Source of the DNA: Caecitellus pseudoparvulus
Lineage: Eukaryota > Protista > Bigyra: Bicosoecida
Length of the DNA: 64,000 nucleotides
Direction of reading: 5' to 3'
NCBI GenBank assembly: GCA_965644315.1
Contig: CBFFRQ010000017.1
Span: 143,860 to 207,859 of the forward strand
Under the pieces are notes generated by a model that was not told where the DNA came from, made no database searches, and worked only from the letters and a program-made list of their open reading frames with translations. Position numbers and translations under genes: made by a program. Numbering within the stretch: the stretch's first letter is position 1; every line of letters starts with the position of its first letter. Below are positions 41,319 to 53,300 of the stretch, one piece after another.

Positions 41319-44300
41319 ATGGCAGATGCCAGCATGTGTGTGTCTCGGCAGGTGGAGCTGCAGGCGTGGGAGGACGCCGTGCGGTGGGGAGGAGTGCCTG
41401 CTCAAGGGCCGTCCTGGCTAGACAGGCAGCCCACTGGTGGTACCAAGCGGCCTGTGCCAGGTGCAGCGCTTGGGGCCCATGCCGCTGGTGCTGGCTCCGC
41501 TGGCCCAGCCAGCGACAGCACCCCGCCTTCGCAGTCGAGTGCCAAGCGGCCTCGGCAGTTGGATGACGCTGTGCTGGAAGACCTGGCACCGGCACGACCC
41601 TTGCTACCCCGCACCCGCCAAGTGATGCCTGCAGCCCCCGCCATTGGCTCGAACGAAGCCTTGCTGCGGGATGCGTGGGTTGCCGAAGCGGACGCTGAAG
41701 CCGAGGGCGACGTGCCGCCACCCCTGCCCTGTGTGGCCATTCAACGAGGCCCCACACTGCTCTCTCTGCAGCACCAGGCGTCCATGGTGCCGCGGCTGGC
41801 GGCTGGCATGTGGGCTGCTCACGCCTACCGCGCAGCATTGAAGGGTGGCATGCCGTTTGTGCACGCCACCAGTGCTGCTGCTGCAGGAGCCGCAGGTGCT
41901 GCGCTGGCGACAGTAGCTTCAGACGTATCCATCATGTCCATCAGCCACACGAAGACCGCTGTGGAACTGCTGCCTGAGTTCTTCCCAGTGCACCTGCCTG
42001 GCCCAGCCGTGTACAGGCAGTCCCCCATCAGCCCTCTATCACGCCCGTCTCAGCACGCAGGCAGCGGTGCCCTGCAGCGAGTGGTACTGGCAGATGGTTC
42101 CCCAGCCCCCGTCGTGCTGCAAGGGCTTCCGAAAGGCGCGCCTTCAGCGCAGCCAGCCAAGGGCGCTGCTGCCAAGGCCGAAGCAGCCCCACCCGGCGCC
42201 ATGCCACACTCGCGCATGTTCGTAGTGGCAGGGGGCCTGGCAGAGAAGGGCATGGAGGCCATGAGCACGAAGACGGCAGAGTTCGTGCGGTCGCGACTGG
42301 CTGCGCGCGGCGGCAGCGGCAGCGGTGCCGCGACCCGAGCTGCCACGACTCCCTCTGCCACCATTAGCACGGTGCGGTTTGACACGGTCGAGTCCCTGTC
42401 TGCACGCTGGGGCGACTTGGTGCTGCTGGAGTACGTGGAAGAGCTGCCGCTGATGCTGTCTCGGCCAGGCATGTCCTCGCGCATCGTGACGCACTGGCTG
42501 CCCACGGACAGCATGCGGCGGGCGCTGAAGCGGCGGCAGGCGGCAGGGCACAAGCCCCTGCTCACGCCCAGCGACTGGCAGGATGGCCCCGAGGAGCTGT
42601 CTGATGACGAGTCGGGCGACGAGGAGGTGCCGGGCAAGCACACGCCGCCTGACGTGGAAGAGGGCACTCTGAACACCCTTGCCTCCAAGGAGCAGTACCC
42701 GCTGCTGGGGTCCATTGAGCAGGGCAAGTGGACTACTACGATCGTGAACAACCTCATGATGGCGCCCATCTGGCAGCACGACGCTGCTTGCCGGGGGCAG
42801 GACTTCCTGCTGATCATGGCGCCCGCTGCGGAGGGGGAGGGGGAGTGGGTGCCGGTGCTGCGGCAGCTGCCGCCCACCTTCACCGTGGGCCAGATCGAGC
42901 CGCGCATGGAAGTGCCGGAGATGGCCTCTGCAGAGTCTTCTGAGTTCCTGAAGCAGTGGGCTTGCCTCGTCTTTGTGCGCCTGGCCAGCACCGTGCAGAA
43001 CGGGTATGTCCCCGCCAGCACCCTCCGCGCTGTGTTCGGTGAGGAGCTGGCGCACCCGTGCATGATGAAGCACTTGATTGAAACGGTGGCCATGCACGAT
43101 GGGCGCACTGGCGCGTGGCGCCTGGTACCCAACGGCCCAGACGAGGACGCCCTCCGCAACAGCCACCTGCTGCAACACCCTGAGGAGGTGTGCTTGTGGC
43201 ACGCCTTCCGCGCAGGCATGTGGCAGCTGCGCCGCCGTGGCATGCGGCTGAACACGGCAGCTGTGGTGAACAGCCTGGACAAGGTGTGGAACCACCTGCG
43301 AGGGCTGGCGACTGCGGCGCAGGATTCGGAGGTCATCAGCCAGCGCGCGACGCTGTCGGCGCTCATGGCTGGCGCGACGACCGTGCGCCACATTCTGGAC
43401 GTCGCGCCCTGGTCGCTGTCCGGCAACTACGTGAACGTGCACTCCAAGGGCGGGACGGGGGAGCTGACGCTGGCAGGCCCGGGCGGCAACTTGCTGGGGG
43501 ACCCCTCCGGTCGGGGGGAGGGCTTCTCATTTGTGAAGGAGGCCGTGTACAAGCAGCGCACGCAGAAGGCACGCAGCCGGATTGGCGGGCGGGAGGGCAC
43601 CAAGTACGACTTGCGCAGCCTGTCGCAGGCTGAGCTGGCCAGCAAGCTGCTGGAGGAGGGGTACACGGAGGAAGAGATTGCCTCGGCACGGCGGTGGGAC
43701 CGCGTGAAGATGCTGAAGCGAGCCCACAACGAACGGGAGGCGCAGGAGCTGTCCCGCAAGAAGCTCTCAGCGCCCATCCGTGAGTACATGTACTCGACCA
43801 AGGAGACGGTGTCTGCCGAGGACAAGCGGCGCCGGCGCAAGGAGCAGGAGTGTGCCATCCAGGCCAAGCAGCGGGCGGTGCTGTCCTCCGCCACGCCGCC
43901 CCCGCTGGACTCTGACACTGACAGCAGCGACGACAGCGACGGCAGTGACGACAGCCTCGGCGACGCTCTGCTGGGCGGCGCCTCTCGTCGACGACGAGGG
44001 CGGGATGCCGACGAGCAGCACGAGCTGCATGCTTGGAAGGCTGCCGAGGGACAGGGCCAGGCCGGTGACACAGGCAGCGCCGCGGAGCTGCTGAACCCCG
44101 TGCAGCGCGCTCTGCCGCCCGCCCTGCGCAGCCCGCCCCTGCCAGCCGCCAAGCTGAAGCGGGGGCAGCACATGTGGGAGGCGCCAGGGCCCCTGGCGCT
44201 GTGCGGTGCCCCGCCCGGCGCGCCCTTTGTCAACGACGTGGACGAGGGCGACGTCGCGTGCTTCCTGCGCATCATGCTGCGGGCCTACGCAGCTGGCGTG

Positions 44301-45680
44301 CACCACAGGTTCAGACACATGGTGGCCCGCACCATCAGCGTGACCATCGACGGCAGCGGGAATGAGGTGGTGCGGGTGCACTTTGACCGGCGGCCCAAGG
44401 CGGTGCGCACGCAGTGGCTGGAGCAGGTGGCAGGGGTGGACTTGACGGCCCCCATGGTGCGCAAGAACTTCGGGCGCAAGGCGCCGTACCACAGGGCTGT
44501 CGCTGAGCGGGAGAAGGCACGCCTGGCGGCCTGCCTGAGGGCGCTGGTGGAGGCACAGGTGTTGGAGGATGGCCGACTCGTCAGTCTGGCCCGCAAGTTC
44601 GACCTGCTCGTGGCGAGCCCGGGGGTGAGCCGCGTGCGCCTGGGCAGCGACATGGTGCCTGTCTGCTCCATGTGCCACTTGTGGGGGCACGACTACAAGC
44701 ACTGCCCCGTGGAGGATGCCAAGATGTCCGGACTGGGCGCGTTGCCCTTCAACCTGGACGAGGAGCTGGCGCGCATCCAGGCAGGTGGCAGCGTGAGCAC
44801 GCCTGCGCCGCTGCCCTCTGCCAGCGAGCCAGAGGACGGCGACGAGGAGTTGGCAGGGGAGGGCGAGGAGGAGGGTGCGGTTGCGGAGGAGGAGGAAGAA
44901 GAGGAGGATGTGTGTGAGGCGGTGGAGGAGGGGCTGCCCGTGTCCCTGCACAGCCTGCTCAGCACGAGCGGGTCAGGCCAGCCCCCACGCATGGCAAACT
45001 ACACTCGTCCACCCGCCGCAGAGTTGGCGCACCAGCTGGAGCGCTTGGTTCTGCTGGCCATGTCATCAGATCGACAGCGCCTGCTGCGTGCCGTGCCCCA
45101 GGGCACGGCTGGCCACGCCGTGTACGCGGAGGCGGTGCAGGAGCACCTGGACCTGGTCCTTGTCCGGCGCAAGGTGCTACGTGGCGAGCTGACGACGCTC
45201 ATGGCGCTGTTTGAAGACTTGGTCACCATCACCGACAACATGTCCGAGGCGGCTCGACTGGATCCGTCGCTGAAGCCTCATGAGGAGGCGGCCCACGCCA
45301 TGTACCGTGCGGTGGAGGGGCAGTGGGACCACTTCTCCAGTGTGTGTGGACCACTGGAGGCCCAGGTGGCAGCTGGCGTGGAGGCGGGTGCTGGGGGAGG
45401 CAGCGCAGCTGGCGAGGCGGGAGGTGGTGGGGTCGCGGCAGTGGCTGTCCAGCAAGGCGGGCTTACCGCGGGGGGGGAGGCAGGCGCAGACACGACGCTG
45501 GTCGCCACTCCTGCAGACGCCCCAGGGGATGCACCAGGCGTCTCAGGGCCTGCGGTGGGGGGGGATGGCGGCGCAGAGAGTGCTGTCGCAGCGGCAGAGG
45601 GGGGTGACGGCGTTGACACCCTCCTGGCAGGCTTTGACAGCGAAGTGGAGGAGGAAGAGGAGGAGGCGGGGTTCATCTGA
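41319..45680 (+). CDS. TAF1: Transcription initiation factor TFIID subunit 1
   Basis: GDLVLLEYVEELPLMLSRPGM, VGQIEP, APWSLS, GDPSGRGEGFSFVK, GTKYDLRSL, RWDR, CSMCHLWGH..CP zinc knuckle, bromodomain-like C-terminal segment; start codon uncertain. Confidence 0.9.
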   Translation: MADASMCVSRQVELQAWEDAVRWGGVPAQGPSWLDRQPTGGTKRPVPGAALGAHAAGAGSAGPASDSTPPSQSSAKRPRQLDDAVLEDLAPARPLLPRTRQVMPAAPAIGSNEALLRDAWVAEADAEAEGDVPPPLPCVAIQRGPTLLSLQHQASMVPRLAAGMWAAHAYRAALKGGMPFVHATSAAAAGAAGAALATVASDVSIMSISHTKTAVELLPEFFPVHLPGPAVYRQSPISPLSRPSQHAGSGALQRVVLADGSPAPVVLQGLPKGAPSAQPAKGAAAKAEAAPPGAMPHSRMFVVAGGLAEKGMEAMSTKTAEFVRSRLAARGGSGSGAATRAATTPSATISTVRFDTVESLSARWGDLVLLEYVEELPLMLSRPGMSSRIVTHWLPTDSMRRALKRRQAAGHKPLLTPSDWQDGPEELSDDESGDEEVPGKHTPPDVEEGTLNTLASKEQYPLLGSIEQGKWTTTIVNNLMMAPIWQHDAACRGQDFLLIMAPAAEGEGEWVPVLRQLPPTFTVGQIEPRMEVPEMASAESSEFLKQWACLVFVRLASTVQNGYVPASTLRAVFGEELAHPCMMKHLIETVAMHDGRTGAWRLVPNGPDEDALRNSHLLQHPEEVCLWHAFRAGMWQLRRRGMRLNTAAVVNSLDKVWNHLRGLATAAQDSEVISQRATLSALMAGATTVRHILDVAPWSLSGNYVNVHSKGGTGELTLAGPGGNLLGDPSGRGEGFSFVKEAVYKQRTQKARSRIGGREGTKYDLRSLSQAELASKLLEEGYTEEEIASARRWDRVKMLKRAHNEREAQELSRKKLSAPIREYMYSTKETVSAEDKRRRRKEQECAIQAKQRAVLSSATPPPLDSDTDSSDDSDGSDDSLGDALLGGASRRRRGRDADEQHELHAWKAAEGQGQAGDTGSAAELLNPVQRALPPALRSPPLPAAKLKRGQHMWEAPGPLALCGAPPGAPFVNDVDEGDVACFLRIMLRAYAAGVHHRFRHMVARTISVTIDGSGNEVVRVHFDRRPKAVRTQWLEQVAGVDLTAPMVRKNFGRKAPYHRAVAEREKARLAACLRALVEAQVLEDGRLVSLARKFDLLVASPGVSRVRLGSDMVPVCSMCHLWGHDYKHCPVEDAKMSGLGALPFNLDEELARIQAGGSVSTPAPLPSASEPEDGDEELAGEGEEEGAVAEEEEEEEDVCEAVEEGLPVSLHSLLSTSGSGQPPRMANYTRPPAAELAHQLERLVLLAMSSDRQRLLRAVPQGTAGHAVYAEAVQEHLDLVLVRRKVLRGELTTLMALFEDLVTITDNMSEAARLDPSLKPHEEAAHAMYRAVEGQWDHFSSVCGPLEAQVAAGVEAGAGGGSAAGEAGGGGVAAVAVQQGGLTAGGEAGADTTLVATPADAPGDAPGVSGPAVGGDGGAESAVAAAEGGDGVDTLLAGFDSEVEEEEEEAGFI

Positions 45681-46053
45681 GGGGCAATGCACGCAGGGCG
45701 CCAGTGGTTTCGCTGCGTGGTGGGTGTCTGGCTGCTGTGGGGCCCTGCAGCCACAACGCTCGAGGCGGGGTTCCTGAACGGGTTGTGCCACAGGGCGGGA
45801 GACCGTCTTGCCGAGCGCGCAGCGTGGGTGCAAATGAACAACACACACCCCCTGTGACGAAAGAGCTGGGATTTTCCTCGTATGACAAGCGTTTCCTTTT
45901 GCTAGCACCGCCTGCTGCGACACAGAGGAGTGCTTTGGGCTGCGTGCTGTTGGGATTGGGGAGCAATTTCCGCAAGTCCCACACTTGGTCTGCGGCGCGC
46001 ATCAGGGTCCCTCTCAACTACACGGCATCGGAAGGTGCTGCAGGGGGAAAATC

Positions 46054-49000
46054 ATGGCAGTGCCCCCCCCTCCCGCTCCCTTGGCCATTGCTGCCTCAGC
46101 GGCAGAGGCAGAGGTGCTCGTTCGCAAAGCCTTCACGCCGGCGCCGGGTGAGGACTGTGCGCCGTACCTGACGCAGGCACGCCTGCTGATCCAGGACGCC
46201 ACCACCAAGTCGTGGTCAGTGTTAGTCCCTCTCCTGGAGAGCGAGCACGTGCAGGTGCAGCTCTTTGCAGCCGAGGCGCTGCAACACAAGGCCGCACGGC
46301 AGTGGCGCCTGCTGTCGGCGGAGCACCGGTCAGAGGTGTTCCAGGCGCTGTGGCGCCTGCTGTCGGCAGGGACGCTGTCGCACATCGCAGTCGTGCGGCA
46401 CATGGCCAGTGCCCTCGCCGCTGCCACGGCGCTCTCCGACTCCTCCCTCGCCGGCACCGTGGCTGAGCTGGCCGGCGTGGCCAGCGCCTCACTTTCTGGC
46501 GCCGCAGCCGTCGTGTCGGGGGCGCTGCAGACGCCCAGCGCCACCATGGTGACACTGCTGGCGTGCGTGTACACGCTGCAGGAGCTGCCCAGCGCCGTGC
46601 AGGACGTGGACATGGGCCCCGAGGCCCGCAAGGCTGCCGAGGCGGCGCTGCGGTCTGCAGCAGGCACCGTGCTGGACCTGGCCCAGGCGCTGCTGAGCCG
46701 ACCGGACAGTCCCTTTGCCGCCGAGGGGCTGCGTGAGCTGCTGTCCCAGCCGTCGGTGTTGGTGCGCGGCATGGCGCCCAAACCCCCCCGCAAACTCGCC
46801 GGTGGCGCCGCCAGATCAGCCCGAGACATGGCTGGGCGGGCGCTGCAGGGGGCGTGCGCCACGGTGGGCATGGTGCACCAGTGGCTGGCGCACGTGGCAG
46901 AAGCGACGTGGGAGGAGCTCGTGGGGGGCCACCGCCGGCCCCTGGCTGTGGCGCTGCTGGCTGGGCTGCGCCTGCCGTCTGCGGCTCTGGTGACGGCGGT
47001 GGGGGAGGCGGTGCGGGAGCTCCTGGATGCGACGCTGGGGCGGGGCGACCACACCAACACTGCTGCCAGTGACACGGCCAGTGCTTTGGTAGCTGCCAGC
47101 GTGGACAGCCACGCGGCCGTGGCGCACTTTGTGCGGGAGTGTGGTGGGGAGGCGCCGGATGTGGGGGACGACGCGGCGGCGTGGGGCTGCGGTGTAGCGC
47201 TGACCATGGAGAGCTTCGCGACGTGCTACCGGCCGTGGGTGGTGGGTGGCAATGCTCGGGATGACCTCATCGAAGTGCAGGCAGCGGCTGCGGCAGAGGG
47301 CGGCGGCGGCGGCCCGCGTGCCGACCCCGTGACGCTGCCGCCCAAGCACGAGGCTGGCTGTGCGTTCGTGAACGCTGTGCTGCACCTGATGGGCAGCCCC
47401 TGCCTGGCCGTGGCCACGCAGGCCTGCAGTGTCGTGCCTGAGCTGTCCGAGTCTCGCATGTCCATCCGGCCCAGCCTCCTGCAGCAGCACCTGTACGCAC
47501 AGCAGCTGCACATCGTCGTGTCCCAGGCGGCATACCCCAACAGCTTCGACAAGGAGGGTGGCTGGGCGAACGTCATGCCAGAGGTGCCTGCTCTCCCCGC
47601 TGGCCTCTTCCCCACTACCGGGGTGGACGCTGCTGTGGCGGCAGCCACCCAGCATCCGCTGCAAGGCGTGGGGCTGCAGGTGCGCGCGGGGCAGGAAGCG
47701 TTTCACCGTTTCCGCGCAGAGGTGGGCTCTGGCAGCCTGCTGCAGGATGCCTTGGTGAGCCTGGGCCCGGCCATGTTCACGCGCGTCACGCTCACCTCTG
47801 CAGTGCACGCTGCGAGCAGTGAGGTGTCGGGGGGCCCCCTGGCCACCGTGTACGCTGCCGTGCACGATGAGGCGTGGGCAGGCATCGTGAGCTCCCTGAC
47901 GCCTGCCACGCTGCTGCAGCACTGGCGGCGCCTGGAGGCGGCCTTCTTCGTCCTGCACTGCGTCAGCACGTCCATGGCGTCAGCGCTGAACGACGCCGCC
48001 GTCGCACAGGTGGTGGTGCCGGTGCTACTGCCCGTGCTGCGCTCCGACATTGCCGCTTTCCCAGCACCCCTCGCCCGCACGCTGTTTCGCCTCCTGGCCC
48101 GCCTCAAGCGCTGGCTGGCGTCTGTGGACAAGACTGCCAGCGGCAGTGGCTCGCCCGAGATCCTGTCCGCAGCCTTGCGCTCGTGCCTGCAGGGCGTGCT
48201 GGTGTCCCCAGACGCAGAGGACGAGGACGAGGAGCACGGCGATGTGCCGGGTGGCAGCGGCGCAGAGGGGGATGTGCACGACATGCTCATCATGCCCGAC
48301 GCCGAGACGGACGGGTCCATGGTGTGTGCTGCGGCGGCCTGCGCCATGCAAGCCATCGTGCAGGCGGCAGCGGTGGAGTTGTCGCGGCTGGGCGCCGAGG
48401 GCGACTTGGTGGGCGCCCTGGCTCGCATGGTGGCTGCAGGGCAGCCTGGCGCCGCCACCGCCGCTGCCTGCGCCGCGACAGCCTGGCTCATCGGGCACAT
48501 TGCCGCTCAGGACAGCGAGCGGGCGTGCCAAGTGATGGCAGCGGCGGTGGCGCCACTGGTGGAGCACCTCTCGTCACTTCTGCGCAGCTGCGAAGGCGGA
48601 CAGCACATGGCAGACGAAGAGCAGCTTGCTGTGCGCAATGGCCTGCACTGCTTGCGTCGCCTGCTGGAGTACGCCAGTCCTCGGCTGAGTGGGCAGTCAG
48701 CTGCAGCATTCGACGCTCGGAAGCCGCTCAAGGTCGCGCTTCACGCCATGTGGCCTGTGCTGCACGCCATCGTGGATGGCTTTGGCGCAGACGAGGTGCT
48801 GGTCTCGGCCACCTGTGCCGTCATCAAGCAGCTGCTGCTGTCCCTGCGCTGGCAGCTGGCACCACTCGCTGGGTCCTTACTCCCAGCCTTGGCGGCGTTG
48901 GTGGGTCGCTACGCCTCCGCCCAGCCCCTGTACACGCTGGGCGTGGCGGTGGAGGTGTTCGCCGGGCCGTCCATCGCAGGCTTTGAGCTGCCCGATGCCG

Positions 49001-49764
49001 ACATTGACGCCGTGCACGCCGTGCTGGCGAGGTCTGTCTTCTGCGCTCTGTACGCCTGCACCCCCGTCCGCGTCAGCGCCAGCACTGCTGAGCGCCCCAT
49101 GGCAGAGGCCTGTGCTCGCCTCCTGGAGCGCTGTCTGCGCATGCTGCCCGATGTGCTGGCTGCACCTCAGGGGGCAGACGCACTGGCTGCTGCGCAGGCG
49201 GCCCTTCCGCAGTTGAAGCTGCCAAACGGCACCACCCCGCCAGCGCTGCGTCCGGCGGTGTCTTCACCCAGCTGTGCGTTGGAGCTGCTGCTGCCGCTGC
49301 AGCTGCTCATCTTGCAGGGCACGGACGCGGACGCCATCAAGATGACCTGCCGGACCCTGAAAGCCCTCTGCGGTGCCAAGTCCCAACAAGCCTTCGCCGC
49401 AGCCCTCGCTGGCGCCGCCCAGCCCCTCGTCTCCGCGCTCACTGTGGCGCTGCTGGCGCCAACTGCCGCCATGACCGGGCTGAAGGTGGCTGAAGCCCTG
49501 GCCGTGGTGGGGGCCACGCTAGGTGTGCAGGCTGTGGCGCCTGCAGTCCTGCAGCACCTGCGCACGGCCCGGGCAGCGGCGCTGGAGCAAGGCAAGGCGT
49601 TTGGGCAGCTGGCGGAGGGAGAGCTGGCGGCACTGATGGAGGCTTGGATCGCGACGTCTGCCGCGGAACGCACGCCCACGAGGTCTGTGCTGCTCCTGCA
49701 GAGCCTGTCCTCAGTATGCCTGGGTCAGAATGACAAGTCCTGCCTCATGCACTTGATGCCTTGA
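46054..49764 (+). CDS. Importin-beta family HEAT-repeat protein (importin-13/transportin-SR-like)
   Basis: SWSVLVPLL..VQLFAAEALQHK..QW (IBN_N), WRRLEAAFFVL, helical repeats throughout; intronless. Confidence 0.75.
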   Translation: MAVPPPPAPLAIAASAAEAEVLVRKAFTPAPGEDCAPYLTQARLLIQDATTKSWSVLVPLLESEHVQVQLFAAEALQHKAARQWRLLSAEHRSEVFQALWRLLSAGTLSHIAVVRHMASALAAATALSDSSLAGTVAELAGVASASLSGAAAVVSGALQTPSATMVTLLACVYTLQELPSAVQDVDMGPEARKAAEAALRSAAGTVLDLAQALLSRPDSPFAAEGLRELLSQPSVLVRGMAPKPPRKLAGGAARSARDMAGRALQGACATVGMVHQWLAHVAEATWEELVGGHRRPLAVALLAGLRLPSAALVTAVGEAVRELLDATLGRGDHTNTAASDTASALVAASVDSHAAVAHFVRECGGEAPDVGDDAAAWGCGVALTMESFATCYRPWVVGGNARDDLIEVQAAAAAEGGGGGPRADPVTLPPKHEAGCAFVNAVLHLMGSPCLAVATQACSVVPELSESRMSIRPSLLQQHLYAQQLHIVVSQAAYPNSFDKEGGWANVMPEVPALPAGLFPTTGVDAAVAAATQHPLQGVGLQVRAGQEAFHRFRAEVGSGSLLQDALVSLGPAMFTRVTLTSAVHAASSEVSGGPLATVYAAVHDEAWAGIVSSLTPATLLQHWRRLEAAFFVLHCVSTSMASALNDAAVAQVVVPVLLPVLRSDIAAFPAPLARTLFRLLARLKRWLASVDKTASGSGSPEILSAALRSCLQGVLVSPDAEDEDEEHGDVPGGSGAEGDVHDMLIMPDAETDGSMVCAAAACAMQAIVQAAAVELSRLGAEGDLVGALARMVAAGQPGAATAAACAATAWLIGHIAAQDSERACQVMAAAVAPLVEHLSSLLRSCEGGQHMADEEQLAVRNGLHCLRRLLEYASPRLSGQSAAAFDARKPLKVALHAMWPVLHAIVDGFGADEVLVSATCAVIKQLLLSLRWQLAPLAGSLLPALAALVGRYASAQPLYTLGVAVEVFAGPSIAGFELPDADIDAVHAVLARSVFCALYACTPVRVSASTAERPMAEACARLLERCLRMLPDVLAAPQGADALAAAQAALPQLKLPNGTTPPALRPAVSSPSCALELLLPLQLLILQGTDADAIKMTCRTLKALCGAKSQQAFAAALAGAAQPLVSALTVALLAPTAAMTGLKVAEALAVVGATLGVQAVAPAVLQHLRTARAAALEQGKAFGQLAEGELAALMEAWIATSAAERTPTRSVLLLQSLSSVCLGQNDKSCLMHLMP

Positions 49765-50354
49765 GGAGCATTGCGGCTGGGCAAGTCAACCTGCAAACTC
49801 CGAGGCCCACGCCTGTCTGCCGTTCCTTACGCTGGCTCATGGGGAGCAGAAGGGGGGTTGGGAGGTCAGGCATGTTAAGGGCGCCCTGCCTTCCGTGTGC
49901 CTGCAGACTTGTGCGCGGAGCGGACACCCCCCCTGCTTTGCTGCGGGTTGCGAGCTGGCCACTCGGGCCGGGCGCCCAATCCCGCGCCACTGTTCTCATC
50001 ATGCGAATGCACAGCGTGGCATTGAATCGCCCATTCTGGACTGTGTCTCTGATTCTCACCGCGACCACTGCTCGGAAGGAGCGGCTGCTGGCAGACACGC
50101 CTTGCTGGGTGAGACCATATTACGCCAGAGCCACGCGCCCAAGCCAGCACAGGCAGCCGCTTTCGCCGTGCAGATTGCGCGTGGCAGTAGTACACCCACC
50201 TCAAATCATGTCACGCCTGTGCACGGCGTTTGCATTTTTTCAAGCGAAGCACCTGTCACCCGTTCTCCGGTTTGGCAGGCCCGGCGGCAGTGCCCCACCA
50301 GCACAGCCCAACACGCCGGCACCAGCAGCAGCGGAAGCCGCCTCGCAGCCCAGC

Positions 50355-53300
50355 ATGGACTCGAAGCAGACGACACGAGTGGTCATTGCAGCGGCAGCAG
50401 CTGCTGTTGTTGCGGTTGGGGCGACCTACCTCGTCATGTCGTGGAGCCAGGAGCGCGAGAGGCGTGCGATGGAGGAGGCGCAGGCAGCCAAAGCAGCTTC
50501 CGCAGGTGCAGCGCAGAGAGGCGAGGAGGAAGACGAGGAGGGCGAGCGACGGCGCCCAGCGCTGCCCCCACTGCACCCCCCTGCCCCCAGAGTGAAATCA
50601 CTCGACTCTGACGACGTGCGGTGTCCTTCAGATGGCTTGAGCAGCTCCGCTGCGTCGGCTTGTGGTGTGCAAAGCAGCGGAGGTGGAAGGGCAGACGGGT
50701 ATGCCCAGGCATCCCCTGCAAGTGGGCGTGGCATCAGGCAGGGCACCCACCAATCTGAGATAAGTGAGATAACGTGGCCTGTGACGGGCAATTCGCCGTC
50801 TGCCAAGTCCCCCGCCAGCCGGACAGGGTCCACACGTGGAGAGCATGAAACGACGCCGAAACGACCCAGTCTTTCCACGCACGGCAGTGTGGGCAGTGCC
50901 CGCTCGGACATTTCCTCCCTGCGCATTGGCGTGCGCCGCGAACCCACGTCTGAGGAAGCCTTGTCACCCGCTTTGCAAGGCACTGGGGTGGCGGGCAGCT
51001 TCTCAGGGCACAGTGATCGTGGCGGACATGGCTTTTCCAGCGCCAGGCCAAGTGGCGGTGGTGGCGAAGAGGCCCCCATTGGCGTGGAGAGCACCCCCCT
51101 GGAAGTGGTGCGGGACCGCCCTTTTACGGACGACTACGAGATGCTGGAGAGCATCGGCAGGGGCACCTTCTCCGTCGTGCGCAAGTGCCGGCACCTGGCC
51201 ACGGGGGACGTGCGCGCGGTAAAGTGCATTGACACGCACCGCTTCCGCCTCAGCGCATCCTTCGACTCGGATCGACTGCTAGAGGAAGTGCGCATCCTGT
51301 CGTCCCTTAGGCACCCCCACATCATCACGCTCTATGACGTATACTTCTCGCAGCAGGAGGAAGCCATCTTCTCCGTCACCGAGCTGGCGCAGGGCGGCGA
51401 GTTGTTCGACTCCATCCTCGCCTCGGGCAACTTCTCCGAAGCCCAGGCACGCCACGTCGTGTGGCAGGTGCTCTCCGCACTGGCCTTCATGCACCGGCGC
51501 GAGGTGGTGCACCGGGACATCAAGCCGGAAAACATCTTGGTGTTCGGGTCCACCCAGCGCCCCCCCAGCAACCCCCACAGCGCCCCAGAGCCCATGTTGA
51601 ACGTGAAGCTCGCTGACTTTGGTACATCGCGCATGCTGGCCGGTGCTGGAGCCAGCACGTTTGTGGGGTCGCCGCAGTACGTGGCGCCTGAGATTCTCTT
51701 CGCGCGGGAAGGCGCTGGGCGGTATGGCACTAAAGTGGATGTGTGGAGTGTGGGCGTGACCTTGTTTGCCATGCTGGCCGGGTACCTGCCCTTTGACGAC
51801 GCGGCACACCCCGGTGACACGTCCGGGTGGGAGGCACGCATCAAGGCGGGCACCTTCCGCTTTGCGCCACCTGTGTGGACTCACATCTCCGCTGGCGCCC
51901 AGGACATCATCTCCCACATGCTGACGGTGGACCCCGCGCAGCGCTGGTCGGTCCAGGAGTGCCTGGCACACCCTTGGTTGGCGGGCCACCCGCCAAAGCG
52001 AGGGGATGCAAGTGCAGAGGGGGAGGGCAGCAGCAGCGCACCAGTGGCAGGCGCGCGCACAGCCCCACCTGATGCATCACCCAGCACGGGCACGGCGCAG
52101 GCTGGTCTGCACACGTCATCCACCATGCCTGTGCCAGGGCAGGCTGGCGCTGTGTCGTCAGATGGCGTGGCGCTGGTGCCGGCCGGCCCAGCGGGCATGG
52201 CAGGTGTGTCCATTCCCATGCTGCTCACGGTCAGCAAGAGCATGGACCTGGATGCCCTGTTCGCCCTGCAGCGCAGCATCGCGCTGCACTTTGCAGAGGC
52301 CCATGCCAGCCTGCGCCGCATGCCGGCCGCGTCCGGCGCCGTGCGGCACCACGCCGTGGAGTGCCGCACCCTGCAAGCCAAGGTGACGAACATCATCACA
52401 GGTTTCAAGGACAAAGCCGGCAGCGTGCTGCAGGTCCTCGACGACCTCAACGTCGCCGTGGAAGACCGAGACTTACCCGGGACCAAGGCGTTGTTCTCCC
52501 GACTGCAGCAGTGGGTGCAGCGCCTGCGCACCGAGAGCATCGGCATCCAAGAAGGCTACTCGCAGATAGTCATGGATGTGCAGATGTCCCTGGAGAGTGC
52601 ACGGGCAGTGCGGGATTCAGCCACAGATGCCGCTGGCAGGCGCCTGTCGGCTAGTGGCAACCGCAGAGCCCTTGCAGATGGACGCCCCTCCACCTCCCTC
52701 ATGCTGCAAGCTCGTCATGCTGCTCCCCACTCACCTGGCACTGCCCTTGCCGGCACAGGGGACGGCTCACCATCGGGCTCCGTTTTCAGCACCGATGACC
52801 GTGTCGGCATGCTGTACAACCCCGTGGATGTCGCGACAAACGCCGACGCGCTGGCAGCGCTGCTGTCCGGGCAGGCGAAGCCTTCCCCAGGCCCTGACGA
52901 ACTGCGCAGGGCCCGCAACATCCTGCAGGGCATGGGTGCGCCAACTGAATCAGGCCAAGACAGCCCCCTGCCCATGCCGTCGCCAAAGCCCATGGACGCG
53001 AGCCGGGGCTTTGGCTGGTCTTCCGCTGCACAAACTGCGCACAGCGACGTGCAGGGCCCGCCAGGCACGCTGCTGGGTGCGATGGCCGGCACGTCTGCTT
53101 TTGCACCTCCCTCTGCCCCCGCTGCGCCCGCAGGGCCTGGAACTGGGCTTGGCGCAGGCACAGACGCAGGTGTCCACACGAGTGGCGGCACGGGCGTGGA
53201 GCCAGTTTCCGCAGGTACAGGCGTGGCACCTGGCCCTGGAGCGTTGGCAGGTGGAGGGCTCTCCCCTGGCATTGCTCGCCAGCACACCGGCAACACGCAA

